This document shows positions 33,303 through 42,880 of a DNA stretch of 64,000 nt, piece by piece; the first letter of the stretch is position 1, and the number at the start of each line of letters is the position of its first letter. The notes under the pieces are model-generated. The model was not told where the DNA came from, did no database searches, and saw nothing but the letters and a program-made list of their open reading frames with translations. The translations under genes were made by a program, and so were the position numbers. This DNA is from Dehalococcoidia bacterium. GTDB taxonomy: Bacteria > Chloroflexota > Dehalococcoidia > Plut-88900. The DNA lies in assembly GCA_965197585.1 (NCBI GenBank), contig OZ240215.1:416001-480000 (forward strand), given 5' to 3'.

Positions 33303-33706
33303 TGTAGAAGCCTCTTTCCCGTGTATCGTTCGTACAACTCGACTATGAAACGCTTGGAATCAACGGAGAGGGGCCCCCTGGGACGGGTGCCCACCCGGAA
33401 GACGGGATCGGATAGGACGTACTGGTAAGCCCTCTCCACCTCCGTGGCCTCGTCGGCTTCGGGCTCCCTCTCCTCCCTATCCAGGTAACCGGCCTTCTTC
33501 AGCATTCCCTGCAGGCCCACTCCATATAGGGCCGCAAGTCTCCTGAGAAGCTTGGGTCCGGGATGACGGAGACCCTTCTCTATCTGGGAGAGGTACGCGT
33601 TGGAAATGCCGGTAAGGCGCTGGACGCCCCGCAGGCTTGTATCCCCTCGCAGCCTCTTCAGCATCTGACCGATATCCTCATCTCGGCGGTCGATATCCTC
33701 GTTCAT
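33299..33706 (-). CDS. XRE-family HTH repressor
   Basis: IGQMLKRLRG..SLRGVQRLTGISNAYLSQIEKG. Confidence 0.9.
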   Translation of the reverse strand: MNEDIDRRDEDIGQMLKRLRGDTSLRGVQRLTGISNAYLSQIEKGLRHPGPKLLRRLAALYGVGLQGMLKKAGYLDREEREPEADEATEVERAYQYVLSDPVFRVGTRPRGPLSVDSKRFIVELYERYTGKRLLQ

Positions 33707-33945
33707 GGAAGCCCTCCGTTTGACCTGTAAGGATTCACTCACGGATCACATTGTAAGGCATTACCGGCACTGTTTGTTACATTATTGCAAGCGTTATCTA
33801 AGAAGTGCTTGCTATGTTGTGATGAAGTGATTGCAAAGGTTAGAGCGTTGTTGTTAGACTGCCATAGCATAGCTTAATCGTTCTAATAACGTAATCATAC
33901 ACCTGTATATGACGGGTTGCCAGCTTCTTGTAAACGAGGATTGCC

Positions 33946-34146
33946 ATGGAAATGGAAATCGCAATGAGCAAGGTCCGACTCACGAGGGAGCAGGAGGAGA
34001 TGCGGCTGCAAGGATTGCGAATCCTGGCCCGCATCATAGCCCGCCAATACCTGTCCAACCCTGATCTGTATCCCGGGGGTTCCACAGGTAGCGGCAGCGC
34101 AGTTCCCGTGGAGGAGGACAATGAATTGAAGGGGGATGTGACATGA
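33946..34146 (+). CDS. small hypothetical protein (GLRILARIIAR motif)
   Basis: First gene of a divergent operon; GAGGA RBS; ATGA overlap with the next gene. Confidence 0.55.
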   Translation: MEMEIAMSKVRLTREQEEMRLQGLRILARIIARQYLSNPDLYPGGSTGSGSAVPVEEDNELKGDVT

Positions 34147-34382
34147 AAGGACGACGCCCTGCATCGAGGGTGAGGCTCAAGCAACGGGGCGTATGGGACC
34201 GTCTAGATCAGCTGAACATGAGCCAGAACGAACTGGCACGGACGGCCGGCATCACCTCAGGTTATCTCTCTCAACTGATGAGCGGATCCCGCTGCCCGTC
34301 AGCAGAGATGCGACAGCGTCTGCAGGAAGTCCTAGGAATCGACAGTTTCGACGACCTGTTCATCCTGGAGCTAGTCCAGTGA
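34143..34382 (+). CDS. XRE/Cro-like HTH protein
   Basis: MSQNELARTAGITSGYLSQLMSG. Confidence 0.85.
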   Translation: MKGRRPASRVRLKQRGVWDRLDQLNMSQNELARTAGITSGYLSQLMSGSRCPSAEMRQRLQEVLGIDSFDDLFILELVQ

Positions 34383-34750
34383 GTCGCAGCTCCCTACTTC
34401 CCCCTGAAACCCTGTACTGCTTGTCTTTCCTGCCGGATGACTTTGTCGACCGTCTTGAATACTTCAAAAGTATCAGCGGCCTCACCTGGGACGGTATGGC
34501 CTACTGCATGGGCGTAGATCCCCGGCAGGTCCGGCGCTGGCGTCATGGCACCAAGCCTTGTGGAGACACGCTGTTCGCCCTGCTCACTCTGGCCGCCCGG
34601 TTCCCGGGTGGTGTCCACATCCTGCTAGGGGTCGACATCCTTCTTCCAGAGCCAGGAGTTCTTGATGTCCTAGGTGAGGGAGTCGATTTCAGAGAGGCAC
34701 TAAAGCCCCGCATTTTAGCCGGCTCCGGTGGGGAAGGCCGGAAGGATTAG
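34379..34750 (+). CDS. HTH protein
   Basis: GTGA overlap start; PDDFVDRLEYFKSISGLTWDGMAYCMGVDPRQVRRW. Confidence 0.65.
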   Translation: MSRSSLLPPETLYCLSFLPDDFVDRLEYFKSISGLTWDGMAYCMGVDPRQVRRWRHGTKPCGDTLFALLTLAARFPGGVHILLGVDILLPEPGVLDVLGEGVDFREALKPRILAGSGGEGRKD

Positions 34751-35051
34751 CATCTTGGGTGTGCAAAGAAGGGTCCACAGGCCCATTAAGGTTGTCTTCC
34801 CTGAGGACTTCACTGAACGACTTGTGCGTTTCAAGGAGGCTAGTGGGATGTCCTGGCGGTCTATTGCTCGTCTTCTTGGCGTCAGTCCTTACCGGCTAAG
34901 GGAGTGGAGATTCAAGGGAGTCATACCCGGTTCCGCTCATCTCTTCTGTCTCTTGACCTTGGCTGAGAGCATGGGGCTCCGGGATAGGGTGCTGATGTGT
35001 CCCGACCGGGATCTACCCAACGGCGGGGATATCGAGGTATTCCCCCGATGA
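34728..35051 (+). CDS. HTH protein (paralog of upstream gene)
   Basis: PEDFTERLVRFKEASGMSWRSIARLLGVSPYRLREW. Confidence 0.65.
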   Translation: MGKAGRISILGVQRRVHRPIKVVFPEDFTERLVRFKEASGMSWRSIARLLGVSPYRLREWRFKGVIPGSAHLFCLLTLAESMGLRDRVLMCPDRDLPNGGDIEVFPR

Positions 35052-35165
35052 AGTGCTTAGGCTTCACCAGTCTCAGGTCTGAGAAGCTTAGACACCTAAT
35101 TAGAGTGCTCACCTTGGAAGTGTAAGTGCTGGAGTTAGGGACGTTGGGCAGTGCCGAGAAGAAGA

Positions 35166-35909
35166 TCACAATGGAAGGGACTGCCCGGCCTCTCGTAGGT
35201 CCCTTCGTCGTTGTTGAGCGTCTGGCAGAGCCCTGCTCACGAGGCTCCAGAAATTCGCCGAATGATTCTTAACCCTCATATGAGCGAGTTCGTGGACGAC
35301 GACGTACTCAAGCAGCTTGGTAGGAAGCATCACCGTCCGCCAATTAAAGCGCAGTGTGCCATCCGGGGCACAGCTCCCCCAGCGAAGCCGCTGATCCCGT
35401 ATTAACACACGGGACATCTCACCCGAGCCAAGGAGAGGCCACCAGCTTTCTACGGCCGTGACTAGGCGATCAGCTGCACGGCGCCGATACCAGTTCACGA
35501 ACGCCCGACGTATACGGTCACAGCGACTCTCATCGTCAAGGCCTGGGGGAATAGAGACCCGGAACCTCCAGTGATCGAATCGCACTTCGGCCGTGCGTCG
35601 GTTCTCAGTCTTAATCACCATGCGGATGTTACGACCTAGGTAAGGCAGAGTTTCGCCACTGACAAAGCGCTTGGGGGGAACAGCCAGCAAACCAACAGAG
35701 GAGTGGTCGAGGATCCAGGGTGCGCGCTTGCGGACAATTTCCCTTAGCTTGGAGTCCTCCGCCGTGGAGGGCGCTGCAACCTGCACGCCTCCCCCGTCCA
35801 CTGTAACCTGGACCGTCTTTCTGCGCCTAGTGCTCCGCCGAATATTGTACTCGATGGTGGTGTCGCCGAAGCGAATCTTGTCCCGAGAATTCATCGGGCA
35901 CTTCTCCAA
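35166..35909 (-). CDS. M48/YgjP (DUF45)-like metal-dependent hydrolase
   Basis: RWGSC, YVVVHELAH, NHSANFW; typical position after hsdR. Confidence 0.9.
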   Translation of the reverse strand: MEKCPMNSRDKIRFGDTTIEYNIRRSTRRRKTVQVTVDGGGVQVAAPSTAEDSKLREIVRKRAPWILDHSSVGLLAVPPKRFVSGETLPYLGRNIRMVIKTENRRTAEVRFDHWRFRVSIPPGLDDESRCDRIRRAFVNWYRRRAADRLVTAVESWWPLLGSGEMSRVLIRDQRLRWGSCAPDGTLRFNWRTVMLPTKLLEYVVVHELAHMRVKNHSANFWSLVSRALPDAQQRRRDLREAGQSLPL

Positions 35910-38900
35910 GCCACCAATTCCACGATGCGGACGGCTAGGTTGTCTATCTGCGGCTCCGTGAAATCGCCGACAGGACGCAACTGGTGCTTGATATCCCGTC
36001 GCATCATTCGTTGTACTTCATCGTTCGCCTGCCAATCGACAATCTCCAAGTGTTTGTTTAGTTGCGTTTCAACGTTCAGAGCAACGGACTTGAGGCCCTC
36101 ATCGAAGTGGGTACGGTAGGATCCCTGTTCCTCCTGCAGTACACCAGCGGTTGCGGACTCCCCACTCTCGATACTTTCAAGCATCTCGTAGATGGCGAAG
36201 GACACGGGAGAGAGGCCGTGTTTAGCGGCGAAATCAGCCTCGCTGCGCACCTGCCGCCTCAAGGCAAGTTGCCTGCGGCAGGCCTCTGCGGCATCTATCA
36301 CTTGATTTCGGAGGTCCTGGATTATGCGGTCAAGTTGGGTCGACAGCTTCTCGTAGTAGACGGGGTTGCCTGCTATGCGCTCGTGTATCTGGGCCCGGAT
36401 GGCGTGTTCCATAATCGAGGCCCGCGCTTCATCATTCGGCAGGTCCGCAATCTTCTCCTCGAAGTCTTGGTCAAGAACGGACACTGGACTCATGAGCTTA
36501 CGAACTTCGGCGCCGATGCGGTCGTCAATGAGTTTCTTTACCTTTGCCCCTACAGCAGTCCAGTCCAAGTTGGCATCTTCCCGGAGGAACTGGGCCCGGG
36601 CGTAGGCCCGTATCTCGGTCAGGCGAGCGAGGCGATCAATGTAGTCAAGGGCGGCGGGATCGGGGAGATAGCGGTCCATGAGGTGGGAGAAGGAGCGATA
36701 GTCATAGTCAAAGCGCTGGAACAGGTCTGCCTTGTAGGAGCCTTCAGTGGATGCATCGGGGGCGAAGAGGGAGACACATGCCCAGGTATTGTTGAGGTCC
36801 CGACCCTTAAAATGGGATTCGGCCTGGACGGCTGCGGCTTCGATGACGGGACCCGGATCTTCTTCCATCTCCTTCATTGATTCCTGAACGTCAGGCCAGT
36901 CGAAGGTTGCTAAGACCTCCTCCAGGTTTCGGGACACACCATGGTAGTCCACGACAAGCCCGTGGCCCTTCTCAGTGGGCACTCCATTACGTTCGTGGGA
37001 GAAGCGTCGGTTGACTCGAGCTATGGCTTGCAGCAGGCCATGTTCCTTCAGGGAGCGGTCAAGGTAGAGGGCCTGCTCTACGGGTGCATCGAAACCGGTT
37101 AGCAGCATGTCGACCACTACTAGCACCTCAGGCTCTCCCGTGGGATCGACGAAAGCGTTGGTTATCTGCTCCTGGTCTTGTCCTCTTGCCGCGTCGAACT
37201 CGGGGCCGTCATTACGGTCTGTCGTGATGATCGGATAGGCCTTTAGCCCGAAGTTCTTAAGGTGTTCGTAGTATCGCATCGCCGAGGCCCGACTTGGCGC
37301 TACAACCTGGGCCTTGAACCCGTTGGGCCGGACGTGCTGCTTGAAGTGTTCGGCGATGTCAAGGGCGATCATCTCGATCCGCCGTTCCGCCTCGGCAACG
37401 GTCTCTTTGTTAGCGTAGCGGCGGCGGATCTGGGCCCGGTCTTCCTCTGATTCTTCGGAGAAGAGGGCGTCGAATATGCGGTCCAGGGCCTCGGGGCCCT
37501 CGATGGAGAGTTCCGGCAGGCGGGCCTCATAGAAGATGGGAACTGTAGCTCCGTCTTCAACCGACTGGGGGATCGTGTAAGAGTCGATGAGCGACCCGAA
37601 ACGCTGCATGGTGCTACGACGAAATCCCCTGTCTATTGGCGTGCCCGTGAATCCGATCAGCGTGGCCTTGGGCAAGGCCCGAGACATGCGTGCTCCCAGG
37701 ATGCCGTACTGGGTGCGGTGGGCCTCGTCAACCATGACTATGACGTTTTCCGAAGGATTCAGGACATCCAATTCGCCTTGGGGGGTGGTTAGGGCGTCTT
37801 CGAACTTCTGGACTGTAGTCATTATGGTGCGGCCTGCGCCGACGGTTAGCAGCCGGCGCAGGTCCCGCGTGCTTTCCGCTTGCTCAGGGGCAGGAAAACC
37901 GCAGCGTTGGAAGGTTTCGGAGATCTGGCGGTCGAGTTGGCGTCGGTCGGTGACTACAAGGATGGTAGAGTTGGCGAGTCTCGGCTCCCGACGCACCTTG
38001 GTCGCAAGCCATAGCATGGTCAAGGACTTGCCCGAACCCTGGGTGTGCCACACCACCCCACCCCGCTCCTCGGGCTTGCGCCCCGACAGGATGCGGGCCA
38101 TGGCGGCTTCCACAGCCCGGTATTGCTGGTAGCGGGGTAGCTTCTTCACTACCCGACCCCTACTGGGCTCGTAGACCACATAGTTGCGCAGAACGTCTAG
38201 CAGCACTGGAGGGGAGAGGAGGCCGATTATAAGCTGTGCCTGGCCATGGGGCTCGATGCCGAAATGCGTCCTCACCTCTTCATCCGAGTATGGCAGTACC
38301 GATTTCCACTCACAGTAGGCGTTTTCGGGTGCGTGAAGGCCGGCGTAGGCGGCAGCAGCACCGCAGTGGGCGACACAGAGGAGGTTGTAGTGGAAAAGCT
38401 CAGGGGCGCCTTTGCCGTGCCATTGTGGGTCGGCCTCCTGGTAGCGGCGCAGCTGCCGGACGGCCTGGGTCCTCCAGACTTCCATCAGGGAAGGGGACTT
38501 GGCCTCCATGACCACCAGGGGGATGCCGTTGACGAAGAGGACCAGGTCCGGAATGACCATGCGCTCGTCGTCCTCCGGGCCGCGGTCAGAACTGCGGCGG
38601 ACCCGGAACTGGGTCGTGACTACGAACTCGTTGAGGCCCGACTCCGGGTTGTCGAAGTCGAAGAAGCGGACGGTGCGGGTGCGGCCCCCTTGGCCCGAGT
38701 CCACCGTGAAGGGCATGCCGTAGGTTAGGTATTCGTGGACACGGCTGTTGCGGGCCATGCCCGTGGCATCGACGTGTTCAAGGTCAAATATGGGCCGATT
38801 GGCCTGCTCTTCAGTCATCCATTCGTTGAGGCGGAGCAGGGCCCCCTTCAGCCGACCCCTGAGAAGCGCTTCCCGCTGGTCGTCGCGCTCCTGGGCTAGA

Positions 38901-39001
38901 ACTTCCCGGGGCACGTACGTCCAGCCGATCTGTTCAAGGAGAGCTCGGGCGGGGGTTTCAGCGTGGTTTAGCTCGTTGAGCTTGGAGGGAGATGTAGTCA
39001 T
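35891..39001 (-). CDS. hsdR: Type I restriction endonuclease subunit R
   Basis: PDLVLFVNGIPLVVMEAK, WHTQGSGKS, DEAHR, FTGTP, MLLTGFD, QAIARVNR. Confidence 0.96.
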   Translation of the reverse strand: MTTSPSKLNELNHAETPARALLEQIGWTYVPREVLAQERDDQREALLRGRLKGALLRLNEWMTEEQANRPIFDLEHVDATGMARNSRVHEYLTYGMPFTVDSGQGGRTRTVRFFDFDNPESGLNEFVVTTQFRVRRSSDRGPEDDERMVIPDLVLFVNGIPLVVMEAKSPSLMEVWRTQAVRQLRRYQEADPQWHGKGAPELFHYNLLCVAHCGAAAAYAGLHAPENAYCEWKSVLPYSDEEVRTHFGIEPHGQAQLIIGLLSPPVLLDVLRNYVVYEPSRGRVVKKLPRYQQYRAVEAAMARILSGRKPEERGGVVWHTQGSGKSLTMLWLATKVRREPRLANSTILVVTDRRQLDRQISETFQRCGFPAPEQAESTRDLRRLLTVGAGRTIMTTVQKFEDALTTPQGELDVLNPSENVIVMVDEAHRTQYGILGARMSRALPKATLIGFTGTPIDRGFRRSTMQRFGSLIDSYTIPQSVEDGATVPIFYEARLPELSIEGPEALDRIFDALFSEESEEDRAQIRRRYANKETVAEAERRIEMIALDIAEHFKQHVRPNGFKAQVVAPSRASAMRYYEHLKNFGLKAYPIITTDRNDGPEFDAARGQDQEQITNAFVDPTGEPEVLVVVDMLLTGFDAPVEQALYLDRSLKEHGLLQAIARVNRRFSHERNGVPTEKGHGLVVDYHGVSRNLEEVLATFDWPDVQESMKEMEEDPGPVIEAAAVQAESHFKGRDLNNTWACVSLFAPDASTEGSYKADLFQRFDYDYRSFSHLMDRYLPDPAALDYIDRLARLTEIRAYARAQFLREDANLDWTAVGAKVKKLIDDRIGAEVRKLMSPVSVLDQDFEEKIADLPNDEARASIMEHAIRAQIHERIAGNPVYYEKLSTQLDRIIQDLRNQVIDAAEACRRQLALRRQVRSEADFAAKHGLSPVSFAIYEMLESIESGESATAGVLQEEQGSYRTHFDEGLKSVALNVETQLNKHLEIVDWQANDEVQRMMRRDIKHQLRPVGDFTEPQIDNLAVRIVELVAWRSAR

Positions 39002-39369
39002 GGGGACGATTGCCCCATATCATCCAAGAGTTTTCTCAATTGAGGCAACAGATTGGGAATAGCGTCTTGAACAATGGACCAGATGACGCTGTCGCTGATG
39101 TCCAAGTAGCTGTGTGCAAGCTGATTGCGGACTCCCACTATCGCACGCCACGGTATATCGGGATGTGAATCGCGCACGCTGGCGGGAACGTGTGTCGCTG
39201 CTTCGCCAATCAGTTCGATGTTGCGCAAGGTAGCGTCGTAGATGAGTGTGTTGGCAATGAATGCGTCTTGGTCCAAACCATCTGTAAAGGAGAGTACCTT
39301 TTCCCCAAACTCAATCATGTCCTGAATGTAGAAGCGCCACTCACGCCCTGGGTGTCCAGCGTCACACAT
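38998..39369 (-). CDS. HEPN (DUF86/HepT) ribonuclease toxin
   Basis: IGEAA, IPWRAI, RNQLAH (RxxxxH) followed by SY. Confidence 0.92.
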   Translation of the reverse strand: MCDAGHPGREWRFYIQDMIEFGEKVLSFTDGLDQDAFIANTLIYDATLRNIELIGEAATHVPASVRDSHPDIPWRAIVGVRNQLAHSYLDISDSVIWSIVQDAIPNLLPQLRKLLDDMGQSSP

Positions 39370-39652
39370 AGATTGCCTCGCTTTCTACGTAGGGCCGAAT
39401 TTCGTGGCGTATTTCACTGTCGGTTGCGAGGTCCACCATCCGTCCCAGCAGGTCTTCCAGGTAGAATTGGGCACCGAAGTATGTGCGCCAATCCGGTGGG
39501 CTTGAAAACCGCACCAGGATGTCCACATCGCTCTTATCTGAAGCTTGGTCTCGAGCGAAAGAACCGAAAAGTGCGAGGCGCGTGACACCGAACCGCCTCT
39601 CAAGAGTCGGCTTGTGTTCCTTCAACGTATGGAGAACCTGTTCCTTGTTCAT
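39362..39652 (-). CDS. minimal nucleotidyltransferase (MntA-like) antitoxin
   Basis: LFGSFAR...SDVDILV...VDL; overlaps the HEPN gene. Confidence 0.92.
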   Translation of the reverse strand: MNKEQVLHTLKEHKPTLERRFGVTRLALFGSFARDQASDKSDVDILVRFSSPPDWRTYFGAQFYLEDLLGRMVDLATDSEIRHEIRPYVESEAIYV

Positions 39653-39832
39653 TGCCCTAACACCTAGGGAGCAGCGAATTCAGAAGCTATGGTCGTTCCA
39701 AGTGATGAGATTATAGCCTGAGCCACACGCGAACTGTTCTAGAGGGGCGAAGGCCAGTATTCGGCGCGGTTGGGTTTGGTGAGCTTGTTGGGCGAAGATG
39801 TGGCCATCAAGGCGTTGGGTAGAGTAATAGCC

Positions 39833-41080
39833 CTACCCAAGGTCATCTGCAAATTCAAACCCCTTTGAAGTAACGCGGAATATCTTTCCATCTCCGTGCA
39901 CATCCTCAATCAAACCGGCTTGAAGAAGCTCTTGAAGGTACTGTTCCCATTGAGCAGCTTCTCTAGCATTATCTGTATTGCAAAGGTGCTTGTTGTTTGT
40001 TGTAACCCTCAGCATACTCCCGTGCCGTAGTCTGATTATTTCCCCATCATCGCCTGACACTGCCTCCTTTAGAATGCAACATTCATCCTCTGAGAAATCA
40101 GGAAGGGCATCAATCGGCACTTGTGTCACCGCATCGGTTGTTGATTCTGGTGGCTTTTCATCTATCAGGGAAAGCGCAGCTTCAAAGTCTCCGGCTTTGA
40201 GCCAATCAGGATTCTCCAGTTTTATCGGGCACCCTGCCAGCTCCAGACGTTGCGCTAATTCTTGACGACTTTCGGGCGTGTCTTTGAATCGGACAGCATG
40301 AAGTCCAGCAATGTCACTGAACGGCCTGATATTGCCGAGTTCTACTAGCACCGTACGCTCATGGCTAGCAGCCATTGCCATACCTGCTTCGAACAATACA
40401 TTGGGCCTTGCTTGTCCAGTGAACTGTGTTTCATACGGAGGCTCGTTTTCGGACCAAAATTGTTTCTTAAGCCTGGCTTCATCATCCGGGGTGAGAAGTA
40501 TTACGACAGTGTGAGCGTGCGCGAAAGCGGCTTTCAAGATTTCGCCAATGTACGGGGATGGTTTACCAGTCATTGCGATTGCTTCGGTCCATGCTAGAGG
40601 GTGGAGGTCAATCGCTCTAAGGAATTCAAAAAGTGCTCCGCGGGCAGCGGTGTTCCTTCCATGAACAATGAACACTTCGCGAGTCTCTGCTGATGGCCTC
40701 TCAGCCAGACTGGGCTCGAGAGTTGTCCCTACATCACCTCCTGGAGGACCTGTGATAAATTTGGTTGTTACATCGTCTCCCATATCAGCGAGTATACGAT
40801 GTGGCAGTTTCCCGTGAAGGTCTACAGCCATAAAGACATTTCGGGATCCCTGCTTTTGAAGTAGGGTTTGATTTAGGTTTGTAGTATCGTCCTCAGACTC
40901 ATTTATCTGAATGCGTTCTATGTCTTCAGAGGGTACAGTTCTTCCGTCGATCACTATCGGTAAACCCTGTTCATACCTATAGACAAAGCGCTCGCGGAGG
41001 GCTTCCAAGCTGAGGTCCACTTCAACTTCAACCTTCGATGGCTTGGACTTTGATGTAATGCGTATGTGGTAGTAGGGCAT
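39833..41080 (-). CDS. TIR-like (Cap12/Pycsar-type) domain protein with extra N- and C-terminal domains
   Basis: VFIVHGRN, VILLTPDD, QARPNVLFEAG (catalytic Glu position), PFSDIAG. Confidence 0.85.
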   Translation of the reverse strand: MPYYHIRITSKSKPSKVEVEVDLSLEALRERFVYRYEQGLPIVIDGRTVPSEDIERIQINESEDDTTNLNQTLLQKQGSRNVFMAVDLHGKLPHRILADMGDDVTTKFITGPPGGDVGTTLEPSLAERPSAETREVFIVHGRNTAARGALFEFLRAIDLHPLAWTEAIAMTGKPSPYIGEILKAAFAHAHTVVILLTPDDEARLKKQFWSENEPPYETQFTGQARPNVLFEAGMAMAASHERTVLVELGNIRPFSDIAGLHAVRFKDTPESRQELAQRLELAGCPIKLENPDWLKAGDFEAALSLIDEKPPESTTDAVTQVPIDALPDFSEDECCILKEAVSGDDGEIIRLRHGSMLRVTTNNKHLCNTDNAREAAQWEQYLQELLQAGLIEDVHGDGKIFRVTSKGFEFADDLG

Positions 41081-41087
41081 ATAGCAG

Positions 41088-42380
41088 TCAACTCCCTCTT
41101 CTAAGCACCCGCACCCGACCCGTCAACAGCGCATTTGACGCAGACTCTTTCAGCTTTCGCAACCCCTCCCCTGCCCCTCGCCCATTTTCTATCAACTCGT
41201 CTGAGGAGTCCAGAATGGCAGCAATGTTTTTCTGTTCGGGAAGAGACGGCAGGGGAATCAGAATCTTCTTCAATCGAGACCCAGTGATTGACGGCACCGT
41301 ACTTACATTTGCGAATTCGGAGAGATCGATTGACTCAAACCACGCATAAAGATATCTGTAATCGCACCTCTGTCCTTCAGTTACAGTGATACCGACCATA
41401 TTGTTGTCGATAATAGTCGGAATACTCAATACTCTCTTCTTGTTAGTAGCTATAGCTGCCCCTACTTTAGGAAATACTATGCTTCCATACTGGAATATAT
41501 TTGCACCAAGTTCCTCAATGTCATTTAGGTCAACATAGTTATTGGCGCGACGTATGTAGCTCTCGTTGCCTTCCAAGGTCATGTCTGAGACCTTGATGAA
41601 GGGGAATTCACCTTGACGGCGTCCTTGTCTGTTCAGTGGAAAGCCAACGCCTCCCTTAACATCAGCAAATTCTCCCAGGGGGGTCACCTCCCAGTCAGTA
41701 GGGATGGTGCCTAGGCCCGGGACCTCTTTCCATTCGGTGTGGTGGCCGGGGAGGCCTCGGGTGAGGAGGTTGTGGAGGAGGGAGTCTCGGAGTTGCTCGT
41801 TGGCGGAGACCAGGGCGTCGGTGGCTTCGATGGCGTGGTCGATGGAGTCGAGGATGTTGGCGATGGCTCGCTGCTCGGGGAGGGGTGGGAGGAGGAGAGA
41901 TAAGGCATGCAATTCGTTCTTAGTGACGCCTTGTATGGTAGTACCTCGGGACTTACGTCGAAGTGATGTCGCTTCCCGTAACAATTGGCGGCAAAGAAAG
42001 CCTGGGTCTACATCATCGTTAGATGTTAAGCGGGTGATGTCTTGACTGGCTCCCATAACCTCAGTGGTCAATCCTGCGAGTCCTACTCTTGTTCTGGTGG
42101 CAAGCAACAGTGTCCCAGGTTCGCAAACTACTGTTTGACCTGAATGGAGCCCTTCGATAGTAAGGAATGAGCGGGCGTGCCTCCTGCTTAAGCGAAAGTC
42201 GGTTAAGTCAGCGCCCGTTAGGAACGGAATTTCTCCATTCCAATAGTCCGCCTCATTCTTGCGGGGAGTTCCTCCCTGACTTGTGGTCACTACGTCCCCT
42301 AAGGCCACGACGCACCACCCGTCTGGGACGAAACTATCTGACGATGCTGCAGTTCTTGAATTGGACAACGCCGTTGACAT
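41088..42380 (-). CDS. hsdS: Type I RM specificity subunit S
   Basis: Two TRDs; PPLPEQRAIA and PSLPEQKNIA; GTIPTDWEV; C-terminal LLTGRVRV. Confidence 0.93.
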   Translation of the reverse strand: MSTALSNSRTAASSDSFVPDGWCVVALGDVVTTSQGGTPRKNEADYWNGEIPFLTGADLTDFRLSRRHARSFLTIEGLHSGQTVVCEPGTLLLATRTRVGLAGLTTEVMGASQDITRLTSNDDVDPGFLCRQLLREATSLRRKSRGTTIQGVTKNELHALSLLLPPLPEQRAIANILDSIDHAIEATDALVSANEQLRDSLLHNLLTRGLPGHHTEWKEVPGLGTIPTDWEVTPLGEFADVKGGVGFPLNRQGRRQGEFPFIKVSDMTLEGNESYIRRANNYVDLNDIEELGANIFQYGSIVFPKVGAAIATNKKRVLSIPTIIDNNMVGITVTEGQRCDYRYLYAWFESIDLSEFANVSTVPSITGSRLKKILIPLPSLPEQKNIAAILDSSDELIENGRGAGEGLRKLKESASNALLTGRVRVLRRGS

Positions 42381-42768
42381 CTTCTAAATCACCCAAGAGT
42401 TTCGCAACGGAACCAGCACTTAGGCTCACAACCTGGGAATCTCGGCGGAACTTGCACTCAATGTATTTGTCTGGCCCCCCATATACCTCCTTGATGTGGA
42501 ACTGAACCGTGGATCCCGTGATATTGGTTATGGGGCCTTCGAATACACTGGACCTTTCAGCGTTCTTATAGGTCTCGACCCGAGTGGGATTTCGAGCCAA
42601 TTCATCTTGATAAAACTGGTACAACTCCTTGACGGGCATACTCGTGGGCAGGGGAGTAGGGGTAGGCACAGGAGTAGCGGTTGAGGCAGGCCCACAATAT
42701 GATGATAACAGCAACGCCACTCCTGCTAACGCCAGTAAACCGATCGTCGAATTCTTGGGGAATTTCAA
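42334..42768 (-). CDS. exported/membrane-anchored small OB-fold-like protein
   Basis: GGAG RBS and TTG start, hydrophobic signal, PTPTP linker, beta-rich domain ending FKNCSI. Confidence 0.55.
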   Translation of the reverse strand: MKFPKNSTIGLLALAGVALLLSSYCGPASTATPVPTPTPLPTSMPVKELYQFYQDELARNPTRVETYKNAERSSVFEGPITNITGSTVQFHIKEVYGGPDKYIECKFRRDSQVVSLSAGSVAKLLGDLEDVNGVVQFKNCSIVR

Positions 42769-42880
42769 TTTACAAACTCCTTTGCAATGTTGAATTGAAT
42801 CATGGCATCCACTGAACTCAGGTAAAATGGCCAGTTGAGGACTTGGTCGTCGGCAATGAAGACAACGCTCATATGGCTCC

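Noticed and set aside
39730-39741. LexA box upstream of mntA (GAACTGTTC)
   Set aside because: The spacer is 1 nt rather than 4.
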